NCBI GenBank assembly: GCA_934541205.1
Contig: CAKTDK010000001.1
Span: forward strand, 1-56,466
Reading direction: 5' to 3'
Source of the DNA: an uncultured Eubacteriales bacterium
GTDB lineage: Bacteria > Bacillota > Clostridia > Oscillospirales > RGIG7773
Length of the DNA stretch: 56,466 nucleotides
The position numbers were made by a program, and so were the translations under genes. Of the stretch, positions 53,880 through 56,466 are shown piece by piece; the first letter of the stretch is position 1, and each line of letters starts with the position of its first letter. Below the pieces are notes generated by a model. The model saw only the letters and a list, made by a program, of their open reading frames with translations, was not told the origin of the DNA and ran no database searches.

Positions 53880-55757
53880 TCAGCTTTCCTGCGTCTCCCA
53901 TTTGGCGTAGAGATCCATCGGCGCATAGGGCGCTTCCCTGACGGGACGCTCTTTCAGCTCTTCAAGGATTTTAAGCCCTGTTACCGGGCCGGCGGTGCAG
54001 GCTTTATCCCTGTACCAGCCGGTGAATACCTTGCCGCTGCTCGTCGGTTTCAGGCAGGTAGCCTCCACATAGAAAAGCTCCTGGTCTGCAAATTCCAGCG
54101 ACCGCGGCTTCATATACAGCAGATCGGTCCCGTCCGCTTCAAAAGCCCCGCCGTTGGCATGCAGCCTGACGGCGTACCGGGGATTCCCGTTCTCGTCATT
54201 CAGGGCATACTCATCTGCCATTTCCGAACGGAACGCCGCCGTGATGAGAACCTTACGCCGCTTGACTTTCTCCGTCTCCACGGCAGGCTTTACCGCTTTG
54301 GATGTGACGGGATCTTCCAGGGCCTTGTAGCCGCCGTTTCCGTCCTTTAACATCCATGCGGCAAAGCTTACGGTGACCGGCTCGGCGCCCTCGCCGCCAG
54401 GGAAGTGATAGTCCACACCATCCGGCAGGGGGACAGAAAACTTAAGCCTGAGAAACGGCTTCCTGTTGTAATAGAGCTTGCCCTTCAGGAGCCGCGGGTC
54501 ATCGTTGTCAATGCTCTTATCCTCCGGATTGATCGTCCCGACCAGTGTTTTCCACATTTTTGTCTCGGGGTCAAGGTAGCGGTAAACCGCCTGGAGCTTG
54601 CCGGCCTTTGTATCCACACGGCCCAAATTCACCAGGCCGTCCCTGTAACTGCCGTAGTCCGCGCCGCCGTAGTAAAAGCTCAGGGTAACGGGTCCCTTCC
54701 ACAGCAGGAACAGCAGAGTCAGCAGGCCCAAAAGCAGAATGGCGGCAATCGCGCCGATGGCAAACGGGAGGTTGCTGTTTCCCTCGTCCGAAGGGACGGG
54801 GGCACTGTTGTCCGAAGGGGCGGGGGTATTGTTTTCCGAAGGCCCGCCCGGCTCATCCGCCGGCGTGGAGGTATTGCCCGGCACAAAGCCGGCCGGCTCC
54901 CACCTTGCGTACAAATCCATCGGCACATAGGGCGCGACATAGGCGGGTTCTTCCTTCAAATCATCGTTAATGTTCAGATAGGTGACCGGCCCGTCGGTGC
55001 AGGCCTCGTCCTTGTACCAGCCGGCGAACACCATATCGCCGTTTGACGGCTTAGGACAGGATGCCTCCACGAAAAAGTCGTTCAGAGCGGAATATTCCAG
55101 CGACTGCGGGCACACATACAAATGGTCGCTGCCATCCTCCGCAAAGGTTCCGCCATTGGCTCGCAGGATGACGGCATATTTCGGATGTCCGGTCTCTTCA
55201 TAGGTCAGCGCGTTTTTGTCTATGACAACCGCCGGAAAAGCCGCCTTGATCACGGCGACTCTTTTTCCTTCCTCGTCCGTCACGATTGCGTTCTGAACAT
55301 CCTCCGCCGTGACGGAACCATCCAGCTCCTTATACCCGCCGTTTCCGTCGCTCACCACCCATGCGGCAAACTCGGTGGTCTCGGGCGGGCTGTATTCGCT
55401 GCCGGGGTAGTGGTAGCTCGGACCCTTGGGGAGCGCAACGGAGAAGCTGGAGCTGTCCGCAACCTCCACATCATAATACAGCCACGCTGAACCGATGAGG
55501 TCATGGCTGCCGGTGATGCTTTTGTCCGCAGGATTGATGTCCCCTCCAATTTCCTCATCCCCGAAGTTTATTGCCGCATAGAACCGGCCGGCGCCGGTAT
55601 CAATATTGCCGACGTCAATCCAGCCTTCCTTATATCTGCCGTAGTCCGCGCCGCCGTAGTAAAAGCGGATGGTAAGGGGATCTCCGGCCGCAAAGGCCGG
55701 GACGGCCATCCCAAACACCATACAGAGCGTCAGCAGCGCCGCAAACAGTTTTTTCAT
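53880..55757 (-). CDS. Secreted protein made of two diverged ~300-aa modules separated by an internal TM segment (Listeria/Bacteroides-repeat-like ends)
   Basis: ATG at 55757 follows GGAGG. Signal peptide MKKLFAALLTLCMVFGMAVPAFA. Module 1 begins LTIRFYYGGADYGRYKEG and ends ...FAGWYKDEACTDGPVT...MDLYARWE. The TM is LPFAIGAIAAILLLGLLTLLFLLW. Module 2 begins VTLSFYYGGADYGSYRDG and ends ...FTGWYRDKACTAGPVT...MDLYAKWE. Confidence 0.75.
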   Translation of the reverse strand: MKKLFAALLTLCMVFGMAVPAFAAGDPLTIRFYYGGADYGRYKEGWIDVGNIDTGAGRFYAAINFGDEEIGGDINPADKSITGSHDLIGSAWLYYDVEVADSSSFSVALPKGPSYHYPGSEYSPPETTEFAAWVVSDGNGGYKELDGSVTAEDVQNAIVTDEEGKRVAVIKAAFPAVVIDKNALTYEETGHPKYAVILRANGGTFAEDGSDHLYVCPQSLEYSALNDFFVEASCPKPSNGDMVFAGWYKDEACTDGPVTYLNINDDLKEEPAYVAPYVPMDLYARWEPAGFVPGNTSTPADEPGGPSENNTPAPSDNSAPVPSDEGNSNLPFAIGAIAAILLLGLLTLLFLLWKGPVTLSFYYGGADYGSYRDGLVNLGRVDTKAGKLQAVYRYLDPETKMWKTLVGTINPEDKSIDNDDPRLLKGKLYYNRKPFLRLKFSVPLPDGVDYHFPGGEGAEPVTVSFAAWMLKDGNGGYKALEDPVTSKAVKPAVETEKVKRRKVLITAAFRSEMADEYALNDENGNPRYAVRLHANGGAFEADGTDLLYMKPRSLEFADQELFYVEATCLKPTSSGKVFTGWYRDKACTAGPVTGLKILEELKERPVREAPYAPMDLYAKWETQES

Positions 55758-55869
55758 AAGTCGCCTCCGTTTCTTTCCGGTCCAGCCGGGGAAGGGCGGC
55801 CAGGACACATAGTCCCGTTTCCGTCCGCCGCTTCCCGCCGGCTTTTCCGTTTGGTTTCAGGCAGACGGG

Positions 55870-56466
55870 CTATTTCCCGGCCGCCGCCTTTTTCCGCCTG
55901 TAAAGCAGCATTCCCAGCACGCCGCCGCAGGAGGCCAGCATCAGGCTGATCCACAGCATCATGTTGCTGCTGTCCCCGGTCTGGGGGCTGCCGGTGTCGC
56001 CGGAAGGATCCTGCTGACCCTGCGAATCGGATGAATCGGTCGGATCAGTCGAATCGGTTGGCTCTCCGGTTCCCGCTGCAGGGATGGCTTCAGTCTGCAC
56101 ATATGCACAGACCGTACAGGTGCGTTCCTTGGATCCTGTTTCCGTTTCAGTGGCTTCTTTGGTTACGCTCCACTCGCCATAGGTATGGTTTGCCACATTC
56201 AGCTTTTCACCGCAGGAGCATTCCTGCCAGTGCTGGGTTTTGTCATATTTCCACGTTTCATCATGGATGCCGTGCTCATGCCCGATCTCCGGGATGATTT
56301 CAACCTGCACATATTCACAGACCGCACAGCCGCGCTCTCTGGAACCCGCTTCAGTCTCGGTGGCCTCTTTGGTTACTTTCCAATCGCCGTAGGTATGGTT
56401 TGCCACATTCAGCTTTTCACCGCAGGAGCATTCCTGCCAGTGCTGGGTTTTGTCATATTTCCACGT
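55870..56466 (-). CDS. SPQTG-anchored surface protein with 70-aa Cys/His repeats; N-terminus outside the window
   Basis: C-terminus GSPQTGDSSNMMLWISLMLASCGGVLGMLLYRRKKAAAGK. The frame stays open to the window edge: 56401-56466 repeats 56191-56256 exactly. The track start at 56406 is therefore probably internal. Confidence 0.75.
   Translation of the reverse strand, partial: TWKYDKTQHWQECSCGEKLNVANHTYGDWKVTKEATETEAGSRERGCAVCEYVQVEIIPEIGHEHGIHDETWKYDKTQHWQECSCGEKLNVANHTYGEWSVTKEATETETGSKERTCTVCAYVQTEAIPAAGTGEPTDSTDPTDSSDSQGQQDPSGDTGSPQTGDSSNMMLWISLMLASCGGVLGMLLYRRKKAAAGK
56086..56466. repeat. In-frame tandem repeat, period 210 bp (70 aa)
   Basis: tgccacattcagcttttcaccgcaggagcattcctgccagtgctgggttttgtcatatttccacgt occurs at 56191 and 56401. 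Flanking parts of the units are diverged. Confidence 0.75.

Larger units (their letters stand above)
41340..56466. mobile_element. Left arm of an integrated mobile element (Tn916-type integrase end); right end lies outside the window
   Basis: GC jumps from ~30% to 38-60% just upstream of host gene 40645-41325. A Tn916-family int/xis/ORF8/sigma module sits at the junction. A second recombinase, a TA system, gene remnants and pseudogenes follow. The left boundary is only approximate (41330-41540). Confidence 0.7.

Noticed and set aside
1-56466. rRNA, tRNA and tmRNA genes as integration targets
   Set aside because: No cloverleaf-like or rRNA-like sequence was noticed, including at the element junction. 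This was a visual scan only, so tRNAscan and Infernal should confirm it.

Overview
Hand analysis only; no searches were run. Bases 1 to about 41.3 kb look like a low-GC chromosome (about 30% GC in sampled lines) of a spore-forming Clostridia-type Firmicute. From about 41.3 kb to the window end the DNA is compositionally foreign (about 38-60% GC) and looks like one arm of an integrated mobile element. Host part: a truncated secreted GH20 hexosaminidase, feoAB with a DtxR-like regulator, a cysteine-desulfurase/DUF3343 pair, an APH-like kinase, PadR-DUF1700-lipoprotein, RNase R, an MntR-like regulator, a PPC protein and a frameshifted GH3 beta-glucosidase. It continues with TmrB-like/DegV/TrmL, SecA, a decayed NUDIX gene and an SGNH hydrolase. 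Next come two tandem ~1005-aa CBM9-like/SLH wall proteins whose last ~1.3 kb are identical, an ApgM-type mutase, cotJA-JB-JC, the fructose PTS operon (fruR-fruK-fruA-ptsH-ptsI), a TVP38 protein, aroK and spoVT. Element part: a Tn916-type module (small sigma, ORF8-like, xis-like, an unlisted 56-aa RHH gene, int) and a small-protein operon with a decayed gene. It also carries a class B sortase frameshifted in an A7 run and coupled to an Xer-like recombinase, an AbiEi/AbiEii pair, an XRE protein, a GNAT, a gene remnant, an orphan OmpR-type wHTH protein and GC-rich SPQTG-anchored surface proteins. I saw no rRNA, tRNA or CRISPR array. The observations most worth follow-up are these. (1) A folded leader with terminator/anti-terminator potential in front of xis. 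(2) A perfect 11-6-11 dif/lox-like site plus extra half-sites beside the Xer-like recombinase. (3) The mosaic, 3'-identical SLH paralogue pair. (4) The homopolymer frameshift in the sortase that should serve the SPQTG proteins. (5) Iteron-like and 11-bp phased repeats at a truncation junction next to the orphan wHTH gene. I found no convincing complete novel multi-gene system. The items above are leads, not demonstrated functions.
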